Below the pieces are notes generated by a model, which did not search any database, was not told the origin of the DNA, and saw nothing but the letters and a program-made list of their open reading frames with translations. A stretch of DNA of 64,000 nucleotides from a virus (Duplodnaviria > Caudoviricetes). This document shows positions 19,145 to 27,934 of the stretch, piece by piece. The stretch is taken from positions 366 to 64,365 of the IMG/VR virus record IMGVR_UViG_3300035204_001725. One strand, 5' to 3'. Within the stretch, counting starts at the first letter, position 1; the number at the start of each line of letters is the position of its first letter. A program made the position numbers and the translations under genes.

Positions 19145-19336
19145 GTGCTAACCTACCCAGAGATTCGCGGGGTATTAGCTCAAATGGAAGCAGAGTTTAA
19201 AGAGCAGTCCAAACACCCGCAACAAGAAGCCTTTGCAAAAAAGGCCGGTTTTGTCTTAGCTATGGTTGATAAAAGACTAGCGGATAAGATTCGAGAAAAG
19301 CATCGCAAGGACGGAAAACCAAAATTTTTCTTTTAA
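19145..19336 (+). CDS. Hypothetical protein
   Basis: ORF follows the motif and abuts the next gene. Confidence 0.55.
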   Translation: MLTYPEIRGVLAQMEAEFKEQSKHPQQEAFAKKAGFVLAMVDKRLADKIREKHRKDGKPKFFF

Positions 19337-19338
19337 TT

Positions 19339-19779
19339 ATGAAAAACCTACTACTTAAATTTAAAGGTTGGCTCGGCGCCGTATGGGCCGGGGTGCTAGA
19401 TCACTATGTATGTGTTTGTTCAGTTTTAATTCTGATCATCTGCTTTTTTAGTTATACGCTAAAGCTGACAGCGGATTACGAAAAAGAGCTAAACGAATTA
19501 ATGAAAAGCAACGTGGAGGCTATTGGTCTTATACAAGATCAAGGAGAAGCGCTCACGTTAACAGAGGGAGCAATGGAGAGGCAGAGTGACGCACTCCAAG
19601 AACAAGGAGAGCTTATTAACGAGTTGGTTAATGTACTTAATCAACAAAAAGCTACTATAGAATATCAAAATCGAATTATAGAAGGGCTGGTTAAAAGATT
19701 AAGAGATAATAACCTCTTACCCGAACCCCCTAGTAGAAGCGAAGCTAATTGGATCCTTTATGAGTCTCCGCATTTTTAA
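19339..19779 (+). CDS. Membrane-anchored coiled-coil protein (i-spanin-like topology)
   Basis: N-terminal hydrophobic helix (VCVCSVLILIICFFSY) followed by a long heptad coiled coil. Confidence 0.45.
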   Translation: MKNLLLKFKGWLGAVWAGVLDHYVCVCSVLILIICFFSYTLKLTADYEKELNELMKSNVEAIGLIQDQGEALTLTEGAMERQSDALQEQGELINELVNVLNQQKATIEYQNRIIEGLVKRLRDNNLLPEPPSRSEANWILYESPHF

Positions 19780-20038
19780 TAAAACCAACGCTCACTATTG
19801 GGATAAAAAAAAGACCGATTGGGCCGTGCAGGATAAAGACGGGTTTTGGTGGATCGTTCCCGGCTCTGAGATGGCAGAGAACAAACTCGACAAAACTAAA
19901 AAGATGAACATTCCGTCTAGAAAAAAAATGCGTCAATCCTCTATGATGGCAACTCCAGATAGAATGATTCTTATTATTGTCTCTGCGCTATTAGGTATAA
20001 GCTTGGGGATTAATGTGGTGTATTACTTAATGAGGTAA
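19760..20038 (+). CDS. Hypothetical protein with a C-terminal transmembrane helix
   Basis: MILIIVSALLGISLGINVVYYLM at the C-terminus. Confidence 0.6.
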   Translation: MSLRIFNKTNAHYWDKKKTDWAVQDKDGFWWIVPGSEMAENKLDKTKKMNIPSRKKMRQSSMMATPDRMILIIVSALLGISLGINVVYYLMR

Positions 20039-20041
20039 ACA

Positions 20042-20596
20042 ATGAAAGACTTACATATATTAACTTATCCGAAACTATCTCTTGATGAAATAAAAAGCTT
20101 ACACAATGAAGAATCCGATTTTATTGTGCTTAATTACGGCGGGGATGACGACATAAAGAACTGGGTCGACCTTATAAGCAACGTACGGGAGTATCATTAC
20201 TGCCTTAAGGATGGGCAGGAGTGGTCGAGCAAGGGAAGATCAGTTAGCGCTCACAGAATAAACTTTAATAATTTAGAAGAGGCAGAGGCTTATGTACTTA
20301 AAAATGTTTCTGGGGATTTCCAAGGCGAATACGCAAATTTTTTAATAGCGGGCTCAAACGATCACGCTAACGAGGTCGTTGAAGAGGTCGTTGAAGAGGT
20401 CGTTGAAGAGGTCGTTGAAGAAGACGAATTGCTTCACGAACATGAAGGCGGAGAAGTCCATTCTCACGAAGGTGGAGATCAACCTCACGAACACGAAGAA
20501 GACTTAGATGAAGAAATTGAAGATAATGACATATCTAGCGGCTCTGATTCTGGCAGTGGGACCAATCCTTGGGTGTGGGGTAATCAATCCTCATAG
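20042..20596 (+). CDS. Acidic, His-rich hypothetical protein
   Basis: (EVVE)4 repeat followed by HEHEGGEVHSHEGGDQPHEHE. Confidence 0.65.
   Translation: MKDLHILTYPKLSLDEIKSLHNEESDFIVLNYGGDDDIKNWVDLISNVREYHYCLKDGQEWSSKGRSVSAHRINFNNLEEAEAYVLKNVSGDFQGEYANFLIAGSNDHANEVVEEVVEEVVEEVVEEDELLHEHEGGEVHSHEGGDQPHEHEEDLDEEIEDNDISSGSDSGSGTNPWVWGNQSS
20372..20419 (+). repeat. 4 x 12-bp perfect tandem repeat GAGGTCGTTGAA (EVVE)
   Basis: Read directly from the sequence. Confidence 0.95.
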
Positions 20597-21029
20597 AAAA
20601 AACTCGGAAGGATACTATCAAGCACATTATTGTTCTTGCGGCCCACAAGCTTTAGAAAAAGCTTTTTTAGCATATTTCGAAAAAAAAGGAATAGCTTATT
20701 GCGTAAGAGCGGAACTGATTAGTAAACGAATTCAGTCCAAAGGAATGGCTAGAAAAGAGCTTCTGGCTTTTTTTGATAAGAATGCCATACAGATAACTTG
20801 GCCCGCGGAAATCAAAAAGATCGCAAGTGAACATGGATTTGATATCGTCACCATTAACAAATTAAGCTCGCTTGATCCTCTAAAAGACATTGCTATAGTC
20901 TTAATTCATGGTAAATTACTATCTAGACAATATCATTGGGTAGTATATCCAGTTGATCAAGTCGAAAGCTTTTATGAAAAAAAAACAGTTATTGACAAAA
21001 TATATCTACTAAAATGGAAAGGAGAATAA
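20508..21029 (+). CDS. Lipoprotein with a papain/C39-like peptidase domain
   Basis: Signal peptide with ILGC lipobox; CSCGPQAL (catalytic Cys) and YHWVVY (His). Confidence 0.55.
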   Translation: MKKLKIMTYLAALILAVGPILGCGVINPHRKNSEGYYQAHYCSCGPQALEKAFLAYFEKKGIAYCVRAELISKRIQSKGMARKELLAFFDKNAIQITWPAEIKKIASEHGFDIVTINKLSSLDPLKDIAIVLIHGKLLSRQYHWVVYPVDQVESFYEKKTVIDKIYLLKWKGE

Positions 21030-21033
21030 AATT

Positions 21034-21228
21034 ATGAAAAATTTAAAATTAATTCCACTATGGGCTTGGGCAGTTTTGCTCGGAGCGGGAATCGTACTGG
21101 GCGTTTGGCTTAGCGACGGCGATAACGGGTGTGACGGATGTGGTTGCGACGCTGGGTGTTGCGACGCTGGGTGTTGCGATTCTGGGGCTTGCGCTGTAGA
21201 AGACTGCGCCTGCGCCTGTAAAAAGTAA
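21034..21228 (+). CDS. Membrane-anchored Cys-rich metallothionein-like peptide
   Basis: TM helix then GCDGCGCDAGCCDAGCCDSGACAVEDCACACKK; 15-bp tandem repeat GTTGCGACGCTGGGT at 21143-21179. Confidence 0.6.
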   Translation: MKNLKLIPLWAWAVLLGAGIVLGVWLSDGDNGCDGCGCDAGCCDAGCCDSGACAVEDCACACKK

Positions 21229-21236
21229 AAAAATAC

Positions 21237-21265
21237 TTGCCTTAGCTTCGGTATTCTGCTATTAT
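21237..21265 (+). promoter_or_regulatory. sigma70-like promoter
   Basis: TTGCCT-17 nt-TATTAT with extended -10 TGC. Confidence 0.55.
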
Positions 21266-21304
21266 TAATCTATCCTCAAAGAGGGGGTTTAATTGATAAA
21301 TAGT

Positions 21305-21535
21305 ATGAAAATGATTAAAATTATCTGTATCGGGGCGTTGCTCACGGCTTATTCCGTGGGCTGCGCCGTAACTCAAAATCTGCCGTCAGTCACCCTTGGC
21401 CCTAAAGCTAACAGTCATAATAAACTGGTTGGAGCAAGCGTCAGTAAGGAAGGTGTATCGGTAGTAGCACCTCTTATAGAAGTGTCTGTACCAACTCCAT
21501 CACTTAAGTGCGGAGACGGCAAAAAGAAGAAGTAA
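21305..21535 (+). CDS. Small lipoprotein
   Basis: MKMIKIICIGALLTAYSVGC signal peptide and lipobox; has its own promoter and terminator. Confidence 0.6.
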   Translation: MKMIKIICIGALLTAYSVGCAVTQNLPSVTLGPKANSHNKLVGASVSKEGVSVVAPLIEVSVPTPSLKCGDGKKKK

Positions 21536-21556
21536 GATTCTCTATAGAGAATTCGC

Positions 21557-21592
21557 AAGCCCCCCATTTTAGATGGGGGGTTATTTTTTTTT
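21557..21592 (+). terminator. Rho-independent terminator
   Basis: CCCCCCAT-TTTAG-ATGGGGGG hairpin followed by a T tract. Confidence 0.85.
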
Positions 21593-21620
21593 AGTTTTGG
21601 CGATATTTAAACTAAAATAG

Positions 21621-21631
21621 GTGTATTAATT
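21621..21631 (+). promoter_or_regulatory. Putative phage late promoter (GTGTATTAATT)
   Basis: Motif variant right after a terminator and before the head-gene operon. Confidence 0.45.
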
Positions 21632-21677
21632 ATTAGCTCTTATTGCGCAGACAAATAATTTTAAGATAGATCTATTT

Positions 21678-22211
21678 ATGGATAAACTCGAGTTTGAAAA
21701 CTTTGAAGTAAATGCTTCTGAACAGAATGATGATCAGGAGCAAATTGATGATGTACGTCCTTCTGAAGAGCAAGCTATTAAATTTTCTTCAAACGTAATA
21801 GCCGCATTAGAGCAAAAAATCAAAGAACATAATAACAAATACGACTCTAAGGTATCCTCTAGTCAACTAAAAAAAGTATATAGGCGCGGAGCGCAAACCG
21901 TGGAAAAGGACAAGGGGTTACGCGCCATGGCTCGTGTTAATATGTTCTTGAGAATGAAACAAGAAGGCAAAATTACTTATCAAGCGCCTAGGGTAGAAGT
22001 AAAATCAGAATTAAAAGAATTAGTTTTTGAGACCAAAGCGAGAATTAAAGTAAATACTTTCGTTGACATCACTGAAAATTGGCTACCAATAGAGGGGGAC
22101 TTTATTCAGGCCGAGGAAGATATTAAAATATTTAAACTAGACTATGAGTTTGAAGACGTTAATGATCTATACCTTGATGATTACGAAAAATTAGACATTA
22201 TCTGGGGATAA
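21678..22211 (+). CDS. Hypothetical head-region protein
   Basis: Contains an LKKVYRRGA...AMARVNMFLRM block that I recall from other large-phage head regions (unverified). Confidence 0.55.
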   Translation: MDKLEFENFEVNASEQNDDQEQIDDVRPSEEQAIKFSSNVIAALEQKIKEHNNKYDSKVSSSQLKKVYRRGAQTVEKDKGLRAMARVNMFLRMKQEGKITYQAPRVEVKSELKELVFETKARIKVNTFVDITENWLPIEGDFIQAEEDIKIFKLDYEFEDVNDLYLDDYEKLDIIWG

Positions 22212-22212
22212 G

Positions 22213-22755
22213 ATGGAAATAGATTTCACAGACCAAATCAAAAAACTAAAAGAGCAAGAGCCCTGCAAGCACTGCACGTGTAATCCTTGTATTTGCGGCA
22301 CGCGCAATTGGAGAACTATCGCCGATCAAAAAGCCGGCTACCCGCCTAATTGTAATGAGGGTTATGAAGAGAAGGACGGCAAATGCATCATGATTGAGGG
22401 GTACTGGAAAAAGAAAACAAAGGCAGAAAAAAGTTATCCCGGAAAAAACGTAGAACGCCGTGAGGATGGAGTGCCCAAAAAGAAAATGAAAAAGCGCGCT
22501 TGCAAAAAGGGGGAGTATAGAGATAAGAGCGGCAAGCTTAAAAAAACAAAGGGAGCAGAAGACTTGGATCCGCAAGCTATCAAACCAAAAGGTATCTCCC
22601 CAGACCGTCTTGAAAGTAATCCCAATTTCAATAAAGAGAATATCGAAGTACAGGAAACCGAACTTCCGCTGCCTCCGACAAAGGGATTAGAAAACCCCCG
22701 AAACATAAACGAGTACTATAAAAATTTATACAGAAAAGTGAAAGGATTAGATTAA
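22213..22755 (+). CDS. Basic, Cys-containing hypothetical protein
   Basis: CKHCTCNPCICG and YPPNCNEGY..KDGKC; Lys-rich. Confidence 0.6.
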   Translation: MEIDFTDQIKKLKEQEPCKHCTCNPCICGTRNWRTIADQKAGYPPNCNEGYEEKDGKCIMIEGYWKKKTKAEKSYPGKNVERREDGVPKKKMKKRACKKGEYRDKSGKLKKTKGAEDLDPQAIKPKGISPDRLESNPNFNKENIEVQETELPLPPTKGLENPRNINEYYKNLYRKVKGLD

Positions 22756-23061
22756 ATGGCATTTAAAGATACAGGAAGACCTAGAGCGGGATTAGTCGTA
22801 AGCGTTCTAGCGAGCAGCCTTACAAACGGGTGGATTCTCGCGGCGCCGGGAGAAAATAAGCAATATGTTATACTTAGTATAGGTACTACGTCAAACGGAA
22901 GTCTGGGCACGGCTGCAGATGGAGCAACTAGGGTTTATTATATGCGAGACGGAAACATAACTTTCCCTCTTGGTTTTTCACTGGGAGAAAACAAGGGTCT
23001 GTCCACGGACGTAACAGGAACGAATTACATCAGTATAACTTATTATATAGAAAAGGCTTAA
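22756..23061 (+). CDS. Hypothetical small beta-rich virion protein
   Basis: Abuts both neighbours in the head module. Confidence 0.55.
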   Translation: MAFKDTGRPRAGLVVSVLASSLTNGWILAAPGENKQYVILSIGTTSNGSLGTAADGATRVYYMRDGNITFPLGFSLGENKGLSTDVTGTNYISITYYIEKA

Positions 23062-23062
23062 T

Positions 23063-24571
23063 ATGAAAGAGTTCAAATATACAACAGTTTTTAGTTCTAC
23101 TTTAAAACCGCTCGTTTCCGAAGAAAAAGATAAGTATCTAGCAATGGCCAGTTTAATGGAAATTGCGGACTTTATTCCTGATGTAGACACTAATAGAGAT
23201 GTAGATTTGTTACCCATTGCTTTTAATGCTTGTGTAGCCAATAGGGTTAATAAAAACGGAGATGTAATTGATAACGCTACAGCAGTAAAAGTTTATAAGA
23301 ATTTTATTAACAAACCTATAAATATTGAACATAATAGAGACAGAATTGTAGGTACGATTCTCACCGCAGGATTTAGCGAGTTTGGAACAGATAAGGCTCT
23401 CACTGAGACTGAAGCAGTCGAAATGAAAGCTCCTTTCAATATTACGCTGGGAGGAGTCATTTGGAAGGTCGCCAGCTCTGAACTGGCAGACCTGATTGAA
23501 GACTCCGCGGATCCTACGAGTGAGAATTATTTAAAAATTTCAGCCAGTTGGGAATTGGGTTTTACCGATTACCATTTGGTGATTTTGCCCGAAGATGAAA
23601 AAAACATTGAGAATGGTCAGTTTATTACGGAAGCGGAAGAAATTGACAAGCTCAGTAGTCATTTGAGGGCTTTGGGCGGTGACGGAAAGCTGGATAACGG
23701 CAAAAACGTTTATCGTCAGGTAGTGGCCGAAGTTGTTCCTCTGGGCATCGGCCTCACTGAAACTCCCGCGGCGGAAGTCAAAGGGGTTGCAACTGAGGAA
23801 GATAAGAAGGAGGGATCTCCGGACAATCAACAAAAGAACGAAAGTTCACAAATCGAAACAAATAAAGCGAGTGAAATAAAAATGAAAAAGACAATCGAAA
23901 ATATTAATGAAATCAACGATTCTTCGTTGAATGAGATGTCTGCTTCTACCATCACCGACTTCATTAAAAGCGAGCTCGAGAAGGCCGCTGATCAGTACAA
24001 ACTGGAGATGACCGAAAAGGAAGAGGCTCTTAAGGCCGCTACCGAGAAATCCGACACTCTTCAAGCGGAGCATGATCAGTTAACCGACGAACTCACCAAA
24101 GTGAAGGACGCCTTGGGCGAGCTTGAGAAAGCTAGTGCTGAAAGAGAAGCGGAAGAAAAGTTTAATCAACGCATGTCCGTCTTGGATGAAAAGTATGCCC
24201 TTACCGATGAAGATCGGGAAGTTATTGCTTCTGATATCAAGGACATGGACGAAGAGGCTTTTACTGCATACCAAACCAAGCTCTCTGTTCTTTTAAGTTC
24301 TAAGAGTAAAGCTGCTATCGCTGAGGCCGAGGCCAAAGCTGAAGAAGCTAAGACTGAAGAAGTAAAAGAGCAGAAAGAAGCTGTCGCTTCTGAGACTCCC
24401 GAGGAGACTCAAGCCGCAGTTAAGGAAGTAGTAGAAGAGGTTTTAGAGAACGCCGAAACTGAACAAGATGAGGTTCCGGTAAGCTCTGAGGCTCAAGAGC
24501 CCACTGTATATGATAAATATGCTAAAGCTTTTGGTCTCGATCAATTCGAAATCAATATCAACAATAAATAA
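23063..24571 (+). CDS. Prohead protease fused to scaffolding protein
   Basis: NKNGD, KPINIEH, ASWE and GIGLT..PAA protease motifs, then a long acidic coiled coil; upstream of the capsid genes. Confidence 0.8.
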   Translation: MKEFKYTTVFSSTLKPLVSEEKDKYLAMASLMEIADFIPDVDTNRDVDLLPIAFNACVANRVNKNGDVIDNATAVKVYKNFINKPINIEHNRDRIVGTILTAGFSEFGTDKALTETEAVEMKAPFNITLGGVIWKVASSELADLIEDSADPTSENYLKISASWELGFTDYHLVILPEDEKNIENGQFITEAEEIDKLSSHLRALGGDGKLDNGKNVYRQVVAEVVPLGIGLTETPAAEVKGVATEEDKKEGSPDNQQKNESSQIETNKASEIKMKKTIENINEINDSSLNEMSASTITDFIKSELEKAADQYKLEMTEKEEALKAATEKSDTLQAEHDQLTDELTKVKDALGELEKASAEREAEEKFNQRMSVLDEKYALTDEDREVIASDIKDMDEEAFTAYQTKLSVLLSSKSKAAIAEAEAKAEEAKTEEVKEQKEAVASETPEETQAAVKEVVEEVLENAETEQDEVPVSSEAQEPTVYDKYAKAFGLDQFEININNK

Positions 24572-24593
24572 ATTATAATAGGAGAAATATAAA

Positions 24594-25178
24594 ATGGCAT
24601 CAAAATTATTACCATTTAGACAAATCGACGAGCAAGATGTAGTAAACATGTTCGCGTATGACGGTACTACCGCTCAGCGGGGCTTAATTGTCAAGCTCAA
24701 AACTACAGCAGGGTGGAAACTGTCAGACGCTCACGAGCTTTCTGCAGTTAGCCCGAACAACAGCTATACTAACACGGTTACTGATCGTTATGCTGTCAAA
24801 GCCCGAGTGGAAACTTGTGCATCTGGCAACACACCTTTCGGTATGCTTATGTATGACGTAGCTGAGACGGATGAGAACGGGGAAAAGCTTATTTGGCATC
24901 CTCGTAAAGCTCATGAAATGCAAGTGTCTGTTAGCGGTCAAGCCGTTCCTGTATTAACCAAGGGCATTGTCCTTCTTAATATGGCTGACGCGGATCGCAA
25001 CAATGTAGCAATCGCAGCCGGTACCGAAGCTTACGCTGGTGCTGCTGGTGCGGTTATTGCTCATAGCAGCGCTTCTGGCACTGGACTTAAAAGAGTCGGG
25101 ACCTTCTTAGGCGCCCGTGAGACTACAGGCGAAGTCCTTGTGAAGCTAGACTTCCAAGGTGTAATCGACAAGGCCTAA
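24594..25178 (+). CDS. Head decoration/cement protein
   Basis: Lies between scaffold and MCP, has an AGGAG RBS, and shows the G..VPV.T.G and VG.FLG beta-tulip-like pattern. Confidence 0.6.
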   Translation: MASKLLPFRQIDEQDVVNMFAYDGTTAQRGLIVKLKTTAGWKLSDAHELSAVSPNNSYTNTVTDRYAVKARVETCASGNTPFGMLMYDVAETDENGEKLIWHPRKAHEMQVSVSGQAVPVLTKGIVLLNMADADRNNVAIAAGTEAYAGAAGAVIAHSSASGTGLKRVGTFLGARETTGEVLVKLDFQGVIDKA

Positions 25179-25204
25179 ACAATTAACATAGGAGAAATAA
25201 TATA

Positions 25205-26326
25205 ATGAAATTAAAGTTAAAAAATACTCCAGAACAGGTAGAATTAATTAAGGCCCTTGGCTCTAAAGATCAATTTATCTCTTCAGAAGCGGCTTCCGCT
25301 TTTGCAGCATTTATTGGCCCCGTGATCTCCAAGGTCATTTCTACAGCTGGAACAGCTAATCTTATTTTTAGCGACGTAGAGTACGATGAAGATGATAGCC
25401 CAAGCTATCCGCTTGATTTATTCTATGATGAAAAGGAGGGTTATGTAACCACTTGGTCACAGAATCTTGCTGGTGGTATGCCGACCTCGCAAGTCGAGGG
25501 CGTCAAAGAAATGAAGATTGCTACCTATCGTCTCGATAGCGCAGTAAGCTTCATGAAAAAGTATGCTCGCAAGAGTCGTCTTGATGTAATCAGCAAGGCT
25601 CTTGAGCGTATGGCACAGGAAATTCTTGTTAAGCAAGAAAGAAACGGCTGGGCTGTTGTACTTAAGGCTCTTGCCGAGTCCAGCACTTCCCATTCATCTG
25701 GTAAAGATGACTGTCACGTCCTTGCTTCTGATACGCAAGGCAGCTTTGTTGTCAACGACATGAGCAGGTTGTTAACCCTCATGAGGCGCTTAAGCACCTC
25801 TTGGTCGGGTCACACCCCTTCTGGCGGTGACTCTTATGGACTTACCGACTTGTTCGTAAGCCCCGAGATTAAGCAACAGATTCGTGGTTTTGCTTACAAT
25901 TCCATGAATGCCGGAAATGACTACGCCACGCTTCCCGATGGAACCAGACAAGGAATTTATAATTCCGCTGGCACCAACGAGATCTACGGCGTGAGAATTA
26001 CTGACCTCCTTGAGCTTGGTACGTCTAAAAAGTATAACATACTCTTTAACGACTTCAGCCCCAAGAGTGTCGGTCATACTGGTGCTTCTGGTAATGCTCA
26101 AAGCGATCCGTTCTCAACTTCGGCTGACGAACTTTTGATCGGTTTAGATGCTTCTCGCGAAGCGTTTATCCGTCCTGTCGCTCGTCAGAATGACAGTGGT
26201 GGAACCTTTAGTGCATTGCCTGATGATCAATTCGCTGCTCGTGCTGACAAGACCGGTTTTTACGGTTTCTTGGAAGAGGGCCGCGTTTGCATCGACGCAA
26301 AAGCTATCGTTGGCATGGTTGTCTAA
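25205..26326 (+). CDS. Major capsid protein
   Basis: 373 aa, AGGAG RBS, follows protease-scaffold and decoration genes, ends at a strong terminator; spine-helix-like RLDVISKALERMAQEILVKQE. Confidence 0.8.
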   Translation: MKLKLKNTPEQVELIKALGSKDQFISSEAASAFAAFIGPVISKVISTAGTANLIFSDVEYDEDDSPSYPLDLFYDEKEGYVTTWSQNLAGGMPTSQVEGVKEMKIATYRLDSAVSFMKKYARKSRLDVISKALERMAQEILVKQERNGWAVVLKALAESSTSHSSGKDDCHVLASDTQGSFVVNDMSRLLTLMRRLSTSWSGHTPSGGDSYGLTDLFVSPEIKQQIRGFAYNSMNAGNDYATLPDGTRQGIYNSAGTNEIYGVRITDLLELGTSKKYNILFNDFSPKSVGHTGASGNAQSDPFSTSADELLIGLDASREAFIRPVARQNDSGGTFSALPDDQFAARADKTGFYGFLEEGRVCIDAKAIVGMVV

Positions 26327-26347
26327 GACATTATGCTGAAAATTATT

Positions 26348-26378
26348 ACTCGGGGGGGAAACTCCCCGAGTTTTTTTT
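26348..26378 (+). terminator. Rho-independent terminator
   Basis: ACTCGGGGGG-GAAA-CTCCCCGAGT hairpin plus T tract. Confidence 0.9.
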
Positions 26379-26388
26379 GCTTTTAATT

Positions 26389-26399
26389 GTGTAATATAT
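26389..26399 (+). promoter_or_regulatory. Putative phage late promoter (GTGTAATATAT)
   Basis: Recurrent motif following the MCP terminator. Confidence 0.55.
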
Positions 26400-26425
26400 T
26401 ATAATAGACAGCGAATTTTACCATT

Positions 26426-27931
26426 ATGGCTAGGAACAAATACAAAAGCGAGCCAAGGCCCGAAGAGAAGCCCAAGGGGTATTTACAGATAGAAAAGAAT
26501 TTCAGCGTTCCCCTGTCTAAGACTCCTTATTTAAACGATGAGGGAGTTTTGTCCGTAGAAAATATAGAAGAAAGGACCAGTAGTGACTTGTCCTTTCAGT
26601 ACGATAAGAAGAACGAGTCTTTTCTTTTTGCTAAAAACCTAGATACAAATACTGAAGTCCAATACGTTCCGAAGTATGTAGACAAAGTCTATAAAACGAA
26701 AGTATCTTTCAAAGGCGAAATAAAAGAGGCCTTTGCTGTTTATAGAAACGAAGTGAAAAGGTTTATTATTGAAGAACTGGATCGATATACCTGTCTACCC
26801 AAAGCGCACAAAAAAGAGATAGATACCATTTTGAAAGCGAAAAATCAGTATATTTTTACTGAAGATATCGGAGGAATGAACTGGAATAAAGTATATATTG
26901 ACGCCACCTCTTTTGGCCCTTATAATTATGACGTTAATCTTTATGTGTCAAAAGATATAGAAATGATTAACGATTTAATTGTTGTAAAGACCGGATATTT
27001 TGACGCAGTAACGGCCCTACCGAGCGGAGGGAAACACGTAGCTTGGGTCTCTTCTCACGACGCGGTATCTTATTCGGACCCGACGATGTACCATTCCACT
27101 GGGTATTGGTATACCAACAGGGCGACGGGTGATTATATTGATAGCCCTTACGCTTCTGGCGCGACCTCTTTTAATAGAAATTTCGGAGTAACAAATACAG
27201 GTATTACAAATGCACTGACTTCTAAATTTAATATTATCGCTAAAGGGCAGAACCTGTATAGCGGAACTAGATATACTAATACAGTAAATGGTTTTGGTTA
27301 CGAAAGGCAAAATCCATTAATTGATGATTTCTCATATGTTTATGAAGAAAGCGGAAGGTATAGAACTACGTTTAACGATGTGGGCTGGAATGGTGTGATT
27401 CCTTCTGGGGTTCCATTTTCCATAGAGACTTGGTCTACAAATCCTAGATATATTGGTTTTGATGGAGAAATTACTATTAAACCAACCGGAGTTAACGATC
27501 CAACTTGTACTTATTCTGCCACAATTGAAGGGACGGCTCAATCTAAAGATTACCAAAAATCAATTAGGTACGCAATGGCTGCAGCAAAGAAAAAGTTTTA
27601 TAAAAATTTAAATAAAATTTTAATACAAAAAGGTATAAAAAAGAAAAATTCTAGAATTACAAGGTACGAAAAAATGCTAGAAAGAGTGGCTCAAAATGTT
27701 TATGATGGTCTCACCGTGGTCAGAAATGAGAATATAGCAAAAACACAAGGGCTTGAGTCTAATCCGTTGGACTCTCCGGTATACTATGACGGGACGGCAA
27801 AGATGTACGATGGAGACAACTCTACGTCTTTGTATGATGCTAACAAGACTCGCGCATATAGACTAGAATCGGGCTCTGCGGCGCAATCACAAACAAGTAG
27901 TAGTAGCAGTAGCAGCGGAGGGAGTTATTAA
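26426..27931 (+). CDS. Hypothetical (probable virion) protein
   Basis: 501-aa ORF in the structural region, with a Ser-rich tail ending SSSSSSSGGSY. Confidence 0.6.
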   Translation: MARNKYKSEPRPEEKPKGYLQIEKNFSVPLSKTPYLNDEGVLSVENIEERTSSDLSFQYDKKNESFLFAKNLDTNTEVQYVPKYVDKVYKTKVSFKGEIKEAFAVYRNEVKRFIIEELDRYTCLPKAHKKEIDTILKAKNQYIFTEDIGGMNWNKVYIDATSFGPYNYDVNLYVSKDIEMINDLIVVKTGYFDAVTALPSGGKHVAWVSSHDAVSYSDPTMYHSTGYWYTNRATGDYIDSPYASGATSFNRNFGVTNTGITNALTSKFNIIAKGQNLYSGTRYTNTVNGFGYERQNPLIDDFSYVYEESGRYRTTFNDVGWNGVIPSGVPFSIETWSTNPRYIGFDGEITIKPTGVNDPTCTYSATIEGTAQSKDYQKSIRYAMAAAKKKFYKNLNKILIQKGIKKKNSRITRYEKMLERVAQNVYDGLTVVRNENIAKTQGLESNPLDSPVYYDGTAKMYDGDNSTSLYDANKTRAYRLESGSAAQSQTSSSSSSSGGSY

Positions 27932-27934
27932 ATT

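Noticed and set aside
20372-21179. Short tandem repeats as a CRISPR array
   Set aside because: They have no spacers and are in-frame coding repeats of 12 and 15 bp.
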